From assembly GCA_035283645.1 (NCBI GenBank), contig DATETN010000037.1:40085-104084 (forward strand): a DNA stretch of 64,000 nt. The letters run 5' to 3'. The notes below the pieces were generated by a model. It searched no databases. It saw nothing but the letters and a program-made list of their open reading frames with translations, and was not told the DNA's origin. Below, piece by piece: positions 1-9,833 of this stretch. A program made the translations under genes and the position numbers. Positions within the stretch are counted from its first letter, which is position 1, and the number at the start of each line of letters is the position of its first letter. This DNA comes from Pyrinomonadaceae bacterium. GTDB lineage: Bacteria; Acidobacteriota; Blastocatellia; Pyrinomonadales; Pyrinomonadaceae.

Positions 1-214
1 CTGCCAATCCGTTGCCCATCAACAATTTACAGGCAAGGTTGGCGGAATGTAGCATCGGTGCTTAAGGTAGTAAAGATATTTCTCTGCAATGATTTAGCAA
101 TGTAAGTTCAACGCTTACATCAACTAAGCGCGCTTAATGGCCCAAAACGGCGAACGTGAGGCGAACGAAAATGTGGACGTTTTCAATGTTCGAATCTTCA
201 ACTGATCAAACCGG

Positions 215-243
215 TTGACACTATGATTGTCGCCATTTAGACT
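215..243 (+). promoter_or_regulatory. candidate sigma70-type promoter upstream of the activator gene
   Basis: TTGACA at 215-220, 17-nt spacer, TAGACT at 238-243. Confidence 0.3.
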
Positions 244-396
244 CGGAAGCCGGGTTCGGCTGATACAAATTAGCCGGATTAAATCTGCAAAAAGCGTTTC
301 CTCAGGTACGACCGCCCCCAATCTATTCCTTACCGCAGCATCTGCTCGCGATGCTGGACGCCTCGATAGGCAATTGGCATATGCCAGGAAGGACAC

Positions 397-1923
397 ATGT
401 CCAGCTTTCCTAAGCAACTTCTTCGAATTACTGAGTCAGGGCCCGGGGAAGAGAGTCTCCCAATTAGTTCAATCATTAGCGCGGTCTGCCAGGCTGCTCA
501 GGCAGGGCCTGACTTGCTTTACGAAGTCATGCTTAAATTGAGCTTGATGGTTGAGGCGACCGTACCTACCTATGGACTGTCCATTTGGAATCTCCATTAC
601 GGCGAACGCCCGACACTAAGGTGGGCAGAAGGCCTTCAGGAGCAAGAACTTGCTGATGGCGAGTCTTTGGTTGCGAGTGCGTGCGGCGACGAGGCAAAGA
701 TGTTTGAAGTTCGCACCGGCGACCATGCGATCTGCTTCGTGCTGGCCAAACCTGCTCCGGCGCGACCGGGAGCTGCTCTATACGGCCTCTGCGCTCGGCC
801 CCTTTCAGAGCAACAGGCAAAGGACCTTCATGCGATCCTCGATGTTGCGCAGCTGGCCCACTCCCACGTTTTAACTACACAGGCCGCGGCCAAACCAGCA
901 CCGATTCAGCAGCCACCGATCTCCACGCTACCGGGCATGGTCTTCAATAGCGCAGCCATGGGAGATGTAGCTCGGGCCGTTGAGAGGATCAAGGATTCCG
1001 AGTCCGCGGTCCTTATTACCGGTGAGTCTGGTACAGGCAAGGAGCTGATTGCTCGAGCGATCCATCGTCTAAGCCGGAGAAATGGCAAGGAGTTCGTTCC
1101 GTTTAACTGCTCCGCCGTGCCAGCTGAACTGATCGAGAGCATGTTGTTTGGTTATCGTCGCGGCACATTCACTGGCGCCCTCAACGACAATCAAGGATTG
1201 ATTCGGGCAGCTGAAAGCGGAACCCTGTTTCTTGACGAGATTGGGGATCTACCACTGTCGTTGCAACCCAAGCTGCTTCGCTTCTTGCAGGAAGGTGAAA
1301 TTCACACGCTCGGTGAACACATTCCAAGGAAAGTGAACATCCGTGTTCTGGCTGCGACACACAAGGATCTTGAAGAGCTCGTTCGGCAAAAACTGTTTCG
1401 AGAGGATCTCTATTATCGTATTGCCACACTGACGATTAAAGTCCCTCCTCTTCGAGAGCGTCGGGAGGATGTGTCTGCCTTGATATCGCATTTCCTGACC
1501 CATTTCGCTCGGCGTAACGACAAAGAGATTGCTGGTATTACCTGGGAAGCCATTCAGCTACTCGAGGAATATTCGTGGCCCGGAAATATCAGGGAGTTAG
1601 CCGCGGAGATCGAGCGGTTGGTGCTCTACGCTGAGACGGACGGTTACATCACTCCAGAACACATCAGCAAACATATCCTGCCACGATCGATGCAGAGCGC
1701 TGGAAATGAGCGTGTTGCCAATCTTGAGAATCTGCTGGAGGAGTACGAGCGGCGTGTGATCACGGAGACGCTCAAGCGTCATGACTGCAATGTGGCGCGT
1801 GCCAGCGAGGCACTCGGATTGGGATCGCGGCAGACCCTCTATAAGAAATTGAAAAGATTAGCAATCGATATCGGCGACTTTCTTCAGGAAGACACGGAAC
1901 CTGGAATGCAATTCCGGCGATAG
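397..1923 (+). CDS. sigma-54-dependent transcriptional activator (enhancer-binding protein: sensory N-domain, AAA+ core, Fis-type HTH)
   Basis: Walker A GESGTGKE, GAFTGA-type loop as GTFTGA, C-terminal HTH NVARASEALGLGSRQTLYKKLKRL. Confidence 0.9.
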   Translation: MSSFPKQLLRITESGPGEESLPISSIISAVCQAAQAGPDLLYEVMLKLSLMVEATVPTYGLSIWNLHYGERPTLRWAEGLQEQELADGESLVASACGDEAKMFEVRTGDHAICFVLAKPAPARPGAALYGLCARPLSEQQAKDLHAILDVAQLAHSHVLTTQAAAKPAPIQQPPISTLPGMVFNSAAMGDVARAVERIKDSESAVLITGESGTGKELIARAIHRLSRRNGKEFVPFNCSAVPAELIESMLFGYRRGTFTGALNDNQGLIRAAESGTLFLDEIGDLPLSLQPKLLRFLQEGEIHTLGEHIPRKVNIRVLAATHKDLEELVRQKLFREDLYYRIATLTIKVPPLRERREDVSALISHFLTHFARRNDKEIAGITWEAIQLLEEYSWPGNIRELAAEIERLVLYAETDGYITPEHISKHILPRSMQSAGNERVANLENLLEEYERRVITETLKRHDCNVARASEALGLGSRQTLYKKLKRLAIDIGDFLQEDTEPGMQFRR

Positions 1924-2007
1924 TGCTCGACAAACGTTAAAGTTAGAGGTAGCACCCGTGCTCTCGTACCTCCGGCCAAACGCTTCCCTTTCTCAAATGT
2001 TAGCGTA

Positions 2008-2056
2008 ATTTCGTGGATCGTTTTGCCCTTGGTAAAGGCGAAACGATCCACGAAAT
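2008..2056. repeat. perfect 16-bp-stem hairpin built from two inverted half-copies of the GATCCACGAAAT repeat module; possible terminator of the activator gene
   Basis: ATTTCGTGGATCGTTT (2008-2023) and AAACGATCCACGAAAT (2041-2056) with a 17-nt loop. Confidence 0.7.
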
Positions 2057-2294
2057 CACACCAAACACCTCGAAGCTGGTGCCGACTGTCGCCGCTCAGA
2101 CCAAACCCGGAGCCCCTGCGGTCGCCTGCGGGCTACAAAGACAGATCTTCACGAAAATCCCCTCGAGAACATCTCCTTAACTTCTAAAGACTGGCCCAGC
2201 CCTGGGCCGACGTTGTAAACCTCGGGCTACAAAACGCATTTACCTCAACCGCGAAAACCCCTGCAAAACCGCGATATTTGGCTCCAGATGCCGT

Positions 2295-2309
2295 TGGCAC
2301 GACCGTTGT
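2295..2309 (+). promoter_or_regulatory. near-consensus sigma-54 (-24/-12) promoter
   Basis: TGGCACG-ACCG-TTGT versus consensus TGGCACG-N4-TTGC, one mismatch in the -12 GC; lies between the activator gene and the flp genes. Confidence 0.35.
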
Positions 2310-2368
2310 AATGGCTATGTCGTCGCGAGAGCAATGCATCTCGCAAAACAACAACAGAGACACACCTC

Positions 2369-2623
2369 ATGAAAGCCATGAAAACAAAAGAGCTGTTATC
2401 GCTGGTCGGGATCGCAATAGCCGCACCAGTTTTCGCACTGACTCTTGTTGCAGGAGCACACGCTGCTGCGGTGGCTGTCAATGATGTGCTGCTTCTGGCG
2501 CTGGCAGGTTGTGGAGCTGTGCACGGCGGTCTTAACGGATTCGGTCGTCGCACACTCAAGGCGGAATCTCGTTCCGTCACCCACACAAGTGTCACACGGA
2601 CAAGAGTAGTCACTCATTCGTGA
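2369..2623 (+). CDS. hypothetical small hydrophobic protein (uncertain)
   Basis: 84-aa ORF with a hydrophobic N-half, no clear RBS, no recognisable family. Confidence 0.25.
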   Translation: MKAMKTKELLSLVGIAIAAPVFALTLVAGAHAAAVAVNDVLLLALAGCGAVHGGLNGFGRRTLKAESRSVTHTSVTRTRVVTHS

Positions 2624-2706
2624 GGACGCCTCTGAACCTGGCCACTCGTTACCAACTAACGAGTGATCTGGAACTAACTGAAACAAATAAGAAGGAGCAA
2701 ACAGAG

Positions 2707-2865
2707 ATGATTAAGAAATTCTTTCGCGATGAGACGGGTCTTGAGCTTTCAGAGTACGCAGTTGCGGCAGCGTTGGTCGCTATCGCGGTGGTCGGTGCTT
2801 TCACGGCTCTCGGCGACGCCATCGGCCTGAAGATCAATGATCTTGGAACCAAGATCACTAACTAA
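2707..2865 (+). CDS. flp: Flp family type IVb pilin (copy 1)
   Basis: MIKKFFRDETG/LELSEYAVAAALVAIAVVGAF: Flp G/xxxxEY processing motif plus hydrophobic helix; AAGGAG RBS at 2692-2697; the internal ATG of track ORF 2620..2865 was chosen as start. Confidence 0.9.
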   Translation: MIKKFFRDETGLELSEYAVAAALVAIAVVGAFTALGDAIGLKINDLGTKITN

Positions 2866-2888
2866 AGGTTGAACTTCCCAATGAGCCA

Positions 2889-2920
2889 GGCGCGCTTTAG
2901 TCGAAAGACTAAATCGCGCC
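2889..2920 (+). terminator. stem-loop between the two flp genes (attenuator/terminator candidate)
   Basis: GGCGCGCTTTAGTC-GAAA-GACTAAATCGCGCC, 14-bp stem with one mismatch; no clear U-tract. Confidence 0.4.
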
Positions 2921-2978
2921 CGTAGGCTCTTATAACGTCTCCCATTTTTAGCCCACTCACATTTGGGGGGAAAGACCG

Positions 2979-3134
2979 ATGAAAAGATTCCTATTAGATG
3001 AAACTGGATTGGAGCTTTCCGAATATGCGGTTGCGGCTGCGCTCGTCGCCATTGCTGTCGCCGGTGCGTTTACGGCACTGGGTGATGCGATCGGCACACG
3101 GCTGAACCAACTTGTAGACCGAGTCAATGGTTGA
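2979..3134 (+). CDS. flp: Flp family type IVb pilin (copy 2), 51 aa, not in the supplied ORF track
   Basis: Hand translation gives MKRFLLDETGLELSEYAVAAALVAIAVAGAFTALGDAIGTRLNQLVDRVNG; near-identical core to copy 1; GGGGGGAAAG precedes the ATG. Confidence 0.85.
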   Translation: MKRFLLDETGLELSEYAVAAALVAIAVAGAFTALGDAIGTRLNQLVDRVNG

Positions 3135-3174
3135 CGGCGGCGTCAACTGACCTTAGCCCCACGGTGAAAATCAC

Positions 3175-3696
3175 ATGTCTGAACTGCTGGCAAACATCGT
3201 CCTACTAATTCCCCTTGCCGTAATCATCGCCTACTACGATGTTAAGTATCGCCGCATTCCAAACGCATTCGTACTAGCGACACTCGCGAGCGGTCTGGCG
3301 ATCAATCTCATTTTTGGTGGCTGGAGAGGCTTGATTGCCAGCGCCGGTGGATGTCTGCTGGCGTTTACATTGATGTTCATGCTTCACATCTTTGGCGCCA
3401 TGGGCGCTGGAGACGTCAAACTTTTTGCCGCCATTGGATCAGTAACCGGAGCCCCACTCGTTCTTCCCACGTTCCTGGTGGTCATCCTAACCGGCGGATT
3501 ACTGGCAGTTATCTCGATCATCCGCGCGGGAGTAGTTGTGACCACGATGCAACGTGTGCTTCAAATTTTTGTCGGCATGCTGCCGGGTTGGGAAATGCCT
3601 CGGTTCGCGGTTCCCAGCGACCGGCGGCACACGATTCCTTACGGCGTAGCAATCACCCTGGGCAGCATTATTTCAACCGCCATTTTTCGAGCTTAG
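3175..3696 (+). CDS. cpaA: A24-family prepilin peptidase CpaA/TadV
   Basis: Polytopic membrane protein with an IPN motif and GAMGAGDVKLFAAIG; sits directly after the flp genes. Confidence 0.85.
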   Translation: MSELLANIVLLIPLAVIIAYYDVKYRRIPNAFVLATLASGLAINLIFGGWRGLIASAGGCLLAFTLMFMLHIFGAMGAGDVKLFAAIGSVTGAPLVLPTFLVVILTGGLLAVISIIRAGVVVTTMQRVLQIFVGMLPGWEMPRFAVPSDRRHTIPYGVAITLGSIISTAIFRA

Positions 3697-3744
3697 CTAC
3701 TGGCTGCAGAGCCAATTACCAACTTTGAAAGCAGGAGACTTCCC

Positions 3745-4644
3745 ATGCGCAACAAACGCTTTTTGATCGTTCTCGTCGGTGCACTCCTATTTGGACTACT
3801 CGCCGCAGTTTCCGTTAGCCGTTATCTATCGAGTGCACAGGCATACACCAAGAATCTGAATCGCGTTGCGGTTGCCAAAGTCGCGATTCCAGTGGGAACA
3901 AAGATCATCCCCGAGCACGTGATGGTGGTCCAGTTCCCGAAGGAGTCAACTCCTGACGGCGCGTTTGACAGCCCCGAAAAGCTGGCCGGCCGTGTAGCAG
4001 TGACGAACATTGCAGCACGCGAACCAATTATCGAAGCGCGCCTTGCCCCCGAAGGAACCGCCGCTGGTCTATCAGCAGTGATTCCGGAAGGCTATCGCGC
4101 AATGACAGTCAAGGTCGACGACGTGGTGGGAATTTCCGGCTTCATCATGCCGGGCACTTTGGTCGACATCGTAGTCGTAATTGATCCTGAAGAGAAGCAC
4201 GGAATGCAGGATCCAATCTCGAAGATCGTCCTGCAGAACATCAAGGTGCTGGCCAATGGCCAGAACATAGACAAACCCGAGGATCAGCGCGAGGCGAATT
4301 CGGTCAAGGCAGTGACGCTTCAGGTCACGCCTGAACAGGCTGAAAAGCTGGCGCTCGCGTCCAGCGAGGGCAAGCTGCAGCTCGTAATGCGGAACTCAAT
4401 CGATCAAGGTGATGAGCAGACTTCCGGCGTGAACAAGCGGGGCTTACTGGGTGGCGAGCGCGCCAATCCCGTGCCGGACCCAGGATCATTAAAGAGCGAG
4501 CAGCCGAAAGGCGAATCCCGACCCGCCCGCCGGGTTCAGGCCCATCCCAGGCCCGCTCCCGTAGCCGCTCTCACAACACCAACCCCACGAACTTCCGTCG
4601 AGATGATCGAAGGGGCCAAGAAGCGGAGCGTCGATTTCCCATAA
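3745..4644 (+). CDS. cpaB: Flp pilus assembly protein CpaB/RcpC
   Basis: N-terminal TM segment, position in the tad operon, typical CpaB core (GTLVDIVV, LQNIKVLA) and a Pro-rich tail. Confidence 0.85.
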   Translation: MRNKRFLIVLVGALLFGLLAAVSVSRYLSSAQAYTKNLNRVAVAKVAIPVGTKIIPEHVMVVQFPKESTPDGAFDSPEKLAGRVAVTNIAAREPIIEARLAPEGTAAGLSAVIPEGYRAMTVKVDDVVGISGFIMPGTLVDIVVVIDPEEKHGMQDPISKIVLQNIKVLANGQNIDKPEDQREANSVKAVTLQVTPEQAEKLALASSEGKLQLVMRNSIDQGDEQTSGVNKRGLLGGERANPVPDPGSLKSEQPKGESRPARRVQAHPRPAPVAALTTPTPRTSVEMIEGAKKRSVDFP

Positions 4645-4729
4645 GGTTTAGCACGCGCGAATAAGGTGCCCATCAGCTCCAGTTGATGAGTGCGGTCAAT
4701 CAATTTTGTAACCAAAGGAGCAAGAGATC

Positions 4730-6310
4730 ATGCACAGCCTTTCCCCGATCTGGCGTCGAGTGAGTTTGACACTGACGGCCTCGATCATTTTTCTTGTCGG
4801 TTCCCAGGCGCAGGCCCAGGAGAATTCGTACAAAGCCTCATTCAAACAGAATCAAGAAGCCATCGCAGTTAATGTTTTGGTCGGGCAGTCGCGCGTGATC
4901 AATTTCGACAGGCCCGTCGGTCGGTTCTCGGTCTCAAACCCTGACATAGCTGAAGCCGTTCTGGTCACTCCAGATCAAGTGCTGGTGAACGGAAAGGCAT
5001 TTGGACAGGTGAACTTCATCGCCTGGGAACAGACCGGTGGCGATTACCTCGTGTTCGATGTTTACGTCCGCGCCAATCTGTCCCTGATTGACTCGCAAAT
5101 GCGTGCCCTGTTTCCGAAGGATGACATCCGCCTGAGTCAGGCCAACGGGTCGGTAGTGATGTCAGGCAGCGTCTCCGACGCCTCCACAGCCGCTCAGGCT
5201 CAAAGCGTTGTCGAAGCGGCCGGCTTCAAAACTGTGAACATGCTGGCGTCGCCCGTGAAAAATAAGCTGCAGGTGCAGTTGGAAGTTCGCGTGGCCGAGG
5301 TGAGCAGAAACCGGCTGAAAGATTTGGGCACCTCTTATGGTTATCAGGGAAGCCCGGGTGCAGGCGGTTACATCAACAGTGGTCAGGGACCCAGTTCACT
5401 TTCTAGTCCACCGGTTAATCCTGCCGGCACGTTGCTCGGACCCCTTTCGCCGGCACTGAACCTGCTGGTGATGGGCAGCAATTCGATCGGCATGATCAGA
5501 GCGTTGCAAACACAGGGCGCCCTGCGCTCTCTTGCGGAGCCAAACCTAATTGCCATGGACGGCCAGGATGCAAGTTTCCTGGCGGGTGGTGAGTTCCCGG
5601 TTCCGGTGGTCCAAAACAGTGGGGACCGCAGCACGGTAACAATAGTGTTCAAGGAATACGGTGTCCGACTGAATTTCAAGCCGACCATCATTGACGAAGA
5701 CCACATTCGTTTGGAATTGGAGCCAGAAGTCTCGTCAATCGATTTCTCGAATGGCGTGAAGTTCGACGGTTTCCTGATTCCGGCACTCCGCACGCGTCGA
5801 GCCAAGACGGGTGTCGAATTGCGCGACGGTCAATCGTTCGCCCTGGCCGGTTTAATGGACAACAACGAATTGAAATCGATTTCACGCGTGCCGGTGCTCA
5901 GTGACATTCCGGTGCTTGGCGCGTTGTTCAAATCGAAATCGTTCCAGCGAAATGAAACAGAGCTGATGTTCATCGTGACGGCCCATATGGTGAAGCCGGT
6001 CGATAGAGACGACCTGCCGCAACTGCGTGGCATCGATGGTCTCAAGAACGGTTCGCCATTAGGTGTAGAACCAAAGGGCGAAGGCATCGACGGCCAAACC
6101 GGTTATTCAGTGTCTGGCGAGACTACTCAAAGCACCACTAACACTGAAGCTCCAAAGACAACCGAGCAGAAGTCGACGACTGAGCAAAAGTCCAAGACCA
6201 CCGTCACAACGGATGCTGAACTCCAGGCGAGCAGCAAGCGGATCAACCAACCTCTGCCGCTGGCCAGAATTATGCCGCTGGACATTTCTGCTGAACCAAT
6301 ACTGCCCTAA
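4730..6310 (+). CDS. cpaC: secretin CpaC/RcpA
   Basis: Signal peptide; secretin core LAEPNLIAMDGQDASFLAGGEFPVP ... VPVLSDIPVLGALFKS. Confidence 0.9.
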   Translation: MHSLSPIWRRVSLTLTASIIFLVGSQAQAQENSYKASFKQNQEAIAVNVLVGQSRVINFDRPVGRFSVSNPDIAEAVLVTPDQVLVNGKAFGQVNFIAWEQTGGDYLVFDVYVRANLSLIDSQMRALFPKDDIRLSQANGSVVMSGSVSDASTAAQAQSVVEAAGFKTVNMLASPVKNKLQVQLEVRVAEVSRNRLKDLGTSYGYQGSPGAGGYINSGQGPSSLSSPPVNPAGTLLGPLSPALNLLVMGSNSIGMIRALQTQGALRSLAEPNLIAMDGQDASFLAGGEFPVPVVQNSGDRSTVTIVFKEYGVRLNFKPTIIDEDHIRLELEPEVSSIDFSNGVKFDGFLIPALRTRRAKTGVELRDGQSFALAGLMDNNELKSISRVPVLSDIPVLGALFKSKSFQRNETELMFIVTAHMVKPVDRDDLPQLRGIDGLKNGSPLGVEPKGEGIDGQTGYSVSGETTQSTTNTEAPKTTEQKSTTEQKSKTTVTTDAELQASSKRINQPLPLARIMPLDISAEPILP

Positions 6311-6352
6311 TTCCTCTATCTGCAAAAAAGCAAATTGGATAGGGAGGAAGAG

Positions 6353-7528
6353 ATGACAAAGGGAAGTGCAAGAGGGAACAAAAGTAGACATGGTGAGCGC
6401 GGGTCAATTCTCGCGCTCTCCACCGTAGGAATGCTTTCAATTCTCCTGGCGGTAGGTCTCGCCGTAGATATTAGTCACTTCTACCTTGTGAAAGCGGAGC
6501 TACAAAACGCCGCGGACGCCGCGTCGTTGGCCGCTGCATCCTCTATTAACTCAAATCCCAGTGGGATTATTGAGGGGACGTCGCGTGCTGTAGCGCAGAT
6601 GAACAACTACGAGTTCAATAACACGAACATAGTTTTCTCGCGCAGCGACGTACAGTGGGCCGCAAATCTTGAGGGGCCATACATATCCGAAGCGGCGGCG
6701 GCAACACCGGGACAAGCTCCAACAATACGATTTGCCAAAGTCACTACGCCCTCGAGTTCTGTGGGTGTTTCCTTTGCGGCACTGATATTAGGAGCCAGCA
6801 AGAATCTATCAGCAACCGCAACTGCAGGACTGTCAATTCCGCTGAACACTTTCTGCAACTTCATACCGCTCTCGGTGCTGATCGACAACGACGACTCACT
6901 GCTCGTGCCGGGCCAGACTTACGTTATTCGCGCTAACACGGGCGGATCACCTTCACCCGGTAACTACCAGATCTTGGCTGTTGCTGGGGCTGGAGGAGTT
7001 GACGTGGGTTACGGAATCGGATCCGGAGTAGATGCCTGCGCCAAACCGGGTGATGAATACTCTGTTGATACCAAGCCAGGGCTGACATCCGGCAAGGTGC
7101 GAACGGGAGTCAACTCGCGTTTCGACGATTATCAGGGCAGTCAGCTCGATCCCGTCAATCAACCGCCCGACACAAATATCAAGGAAAACATCACCTGGGA
7201 TGACTATCAACGATATTTCGGGTGTGGTCGGCCTAACGCGATCGGTTGTAACTCGCAGTATTTCCGCGAGCCCTCGCATGATGGCGTAGATATGCGGCGT
7301 GTGGTGCTGATCCCCCTCGTGAAAGTCAGCGAATACGATCAGGGCAGAAACGTGGTCCGCTTCTTCCGCTTTGGCGCCTTCTTTTTGAAGACCAAGGTGG
7401 GCGGCGGCAATGGCGGTGAATTGGAAGCTGAGTATATCGAGGACAGGATTGCGATCGGTGAAGGCCAATACGATCCGACCGGACCCGCTGGTGATCCCCT
7501 CTTGGCAGCTCCAGTGCTTTACAAATAA
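6353..7528 (+). CDS. TadG-like pilus assembly/pseudopilin protein
   Basis: ERGSILALSTVGMLSILLAVGLAVDISHFY ... LQNAADAASLAAA N-terminal TadG signature; GGGAGGA RBS supports the ATG at 6353. Confidence 0.7.
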   Translation: MTKGSARGNKSRHGERGSILALSTVGMLSILLAVGLAVDISHFYLVKAELQNAADAASLAAASSINSNPSGIIEGTSRAVAQMNNYEFNNTNIVFSRSDVQWAANLEGPYISEAAAATPGQAPTIRFAKVTTPSSSVGVSFAALILGASKNLSATATAGLSIPLNTFCNFIPLSVLIDNDDSLLVPGQTYVIRANTGGSPSPGNYQILAVAGAGGVDVGYGIGSGVDACAKPGDEYSVDTKPGLTSGKVRTGVNSRFDDYQGSQLDPVNQPPDTNIKENITWDDYQRYFGCGRPNAIGCNSQYFREPSHDGVDMRRVVLIPLVKVSEYDQGRNVVRFFRFGAFFLKTKVGGGNGGELEAEYIEDRIAIGEGQYDPTGPAGDPLLAAPVLYK

Positions 7529-7531
7529 AGG

Positions 7532-8068
7532 ATGAGTGTCATGAATGCACGAATTCGCAAAATCCGTTTACTGAAGCGGCTCCAGCGGCGAACTAGAATC
7601 GCGCGGTTGGCGGGCAACGAGCGTGGCATTCAGCTGGCTGAACTTGCGATTGTTATCCCAATCCTCGTCCTGCTATTTGCTGCGACTGCCGAGTTCGGCC
7701 GCTTTTTCTACGAATACACCACGTTGGCAAAAGCGACGCGGAACGGAGCCCGTTATCTCGTAACATCGAAATTCGACATTCAGGATATTCAGGCAAAGAA
7801 CCTCGTGGTCTATGGAAACACCGCTGGTACCGGCAGCCCGTTACTCGACGGGTTGGACACGAGTCACGTTGTCATCACCGCACGAAACTCTGCCGGCACT
7901 CCGGTTACAGCCGGGGTACCGGCCACTATTACAGTTCAGATTGAAGGGTACGAACACTCGCCACTATTCAATCTCGGCGGACTCTTGAAGAACAACGCAT
8001 TCTCACTCGCAATCGATGTGAAGCCCAGTGTGACAATGCGTTATCTCTTAACAACACCGCTGGTCTAG
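7532..8068 (+). CDS. TadE-like protein
   Basis: ERGIQLAELAIVIPILVLLFAATAEFGRFFY TadE N-terminal motif. Confidence 0.75.
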   Translation: MSVMNARIRKIRLLKRLQRRTRIARLAGNERGIQLAELAIVIPILVLLFAATAEFGRFFYEYTTLAKATRNGARYLVTSKFDIQDIQAKNLVVYGNTAGTGSPLLDGLDTSHVVITARNSAGTPVTAGVPATITVQIEGYEHSPLFNLGGLLKNNAFSLAIDVKPSVTMRYLLTTPLV

Positions 8069-8076
8069 GAGTCACT

Positions 8077-8526
8077 ATGAAGAGCAATAAGAAACTCAAT
8101 AAACGCGAAAGAGGATCGACGCTGGTCGAATTTTCGATTGCTGCCACGGTGTTTCTCACAATGCTCTTTACGGTGCTGGAATTCGGTCGGGCTCTCTGGG
8201 TCCATAACGCCTTAACAGATGCGGCACGAAGGGGCGCCCGATATGCAGTGCTGAACCCACAGAGCAGCTCGGAAAACGTCAAGAACGTCGTGGTCTATGG
8301 TGATCCAGCGGGCGGTACAAAGCCCCTCGTTCCTAACCTGAGTACCAGCGGCAACGTTCAGGTCATCTACAACGGCTTTGGTCTGGATACGGGTACAGTC
8401 AGCGTACAAATCACCGGTTATCAGTTTCAGTTTGTAATTCCATTCGTTAGCACCAACATCACGATGCCGAATTACAACACCACTCTGACGGGGGAATCGG
8501 CAGGACTGGTTCCAGACCCTATTTAG
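8077..8526 (+). CDS. TadE-like protein
   Basis: ERGSTLVEFSIAATVFLTMLFTVLEFGRALW TadE N-terminal motif. Confidence 0.8.
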   Translation: MKSNKKLNKRERGSTLVEFSIAATVFLTMLFTVLEFGRALWVHNALTDAARRGARYAVLNPQSSSENVKNVVVYGDPAGGTKPLVPNLSTSGNVQVIYNGFGLDTGTVSVQITGYQFQFVIPFVSTNITMPNYNTTLTGESAGLVPDPI

Positions 8527-8577
8527 GCGCCGAACTTCCTGGCGCACCCCACTCACTTACTACTCGACGAGGGACTA

Positions 8578-9816
8578 ATGACGCAGCCAATCACCTTAGT
8601 TGTTCTCAGCACTGGTCTGGATAACTTCAAACAGATACGAACTGCCCTGTCAACGGAGAGCAGAGTGAGTCTTCTTGCGGGTGGTAATGACGCAGAGCAG
8701 CTTCAGGAAGAGATCATTCGATTGAAACCCTCGGCCGCCATAATTGTGCTCGGAGATACTCCAATCACAGCAATCCACTTCATCGAGAGGCTGCGCGTTC
8801 AGGTGCCATCTACGGCCATTATTTCGGCGGCTCACAACGCTTCTCCCGATCTGATCCTGCAGAGTCTACGAGCTGGTGCACGCGAGTTTCTCCGGCTGCC
8901 AATTAGCCCTGAGGAACTGAAAACTGTTCTCGATCGTGTCACTGAATTCTGCGCAACCCAGGTTGAGGCGCCCAAGAAAAAAGGTCGCATGGTTGCGGTG
9001 TTTTCGAGCAAAGGCGGATGCGGAACTTCGTTTATCGCCACCAATCTCGCAGCTTCGACAGCGGCTCGAACGATACTAGTCGATTTGAATCTTCAGGCCG
9101 GAGACCTGCCGCTCTTTTTGGGCGTTGATCCAAAGTACTCGTTCGCCGATATGGCCGAGAACAAAAGTCGGTTGGACGATTCCTTGATTGCCAGTCTTGT
9201 TACTCCTTGCACAGCAAATCTCTCGCTGCTGGCGGCGCCAAAAGAGGCCGACTCAGCGGATGAGATCGAGCCGGAACACGTATTCGAAGTCTTGCAAAAG
9301 CTACGTGAGTCTTACGACTACGTCGTGCTTGACCCGCAACACACTTTTGACTCGAAAACCCTCGCCGCGCTCGATCAAGCGGATGAGATTGTGCTCGTTC
9401 TTACACTCGACATCCCTGCAATACGCAGTACACAACGGGCGCTCGAGATATTCGATCGACTGGGCTACCCACGCCAGAAGATACGGATCATTGTGAACCG
9501 CTGGAGTAAGCAGATCGACCTGGATCTGCGTCAGGTCGAAAAATTCTTGGGCGAACAGGTCATAGGATTTGTCCCAAGCGATTATCAGGTCGCCGTTACC
9601 TCAATCAATCTTGGCCAGCCCCTGGTGCAGTCAGAACCTAACTCAAAGATTGCGCAGGAGATCAAGAGAATCGCTGCAACACTTGCTAATAACACGTTGC
9701 CGGTGCAGGAAGACGTTGCACCAAAGCGCAGCCTTCTGAGTTCTCTATTCAAGCGAACTCCGGCACAAACAGATTTTCAATTTCCGTCTTCAATGCAAAG
9801 AGGAATCCTTCAATAA
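8578..9816 (+). CDS. cpaE: CpaE/TadZ (receiver-like N-domain plus ParA/MinD-type ATPase)
   Basis: Deviant Walker A FSSKGGCGTSFIATNLA; operon position. Confidence 0.8.
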   Translation: MTQPITLVVLSTGLDNFKQIRTALSTESRVSLLAGGNDAEQLQEEIIRLKPSAAIIVLGDTPITAIHFIERLRVQVPSTAIISAAHNASPDLILQSLRAGAREFLRLPISPEELKTVLDRVTEFCATQVEAPKKKGRMVAVFSSKGGCGTSFIATNLAASTAARTILVDLNLQAGDLPLFLGVDPKYSFADMAENKSRLDDSLIASLVTPCTANLSLLAAPKEADSADEIEPEHVFEVLQKLRESYDYVVLDPQHTFDSKTLAALDQADEIVLVLTLDIPAIRSTQRALEIFDRLGYPRQKIRIIVNRWSKQIDLDLRQVEKFLGEQVIGFVPSDYQVAVTSINLGQPLVQSEPNSKIAQEIKRIAATLANNTLPVQEDVAPKRSLLSSLFKRTPAQTDFQFPSSMQRGILQ

Positions 9817-9833
9817 GGTAAGCGAGAACCCCT

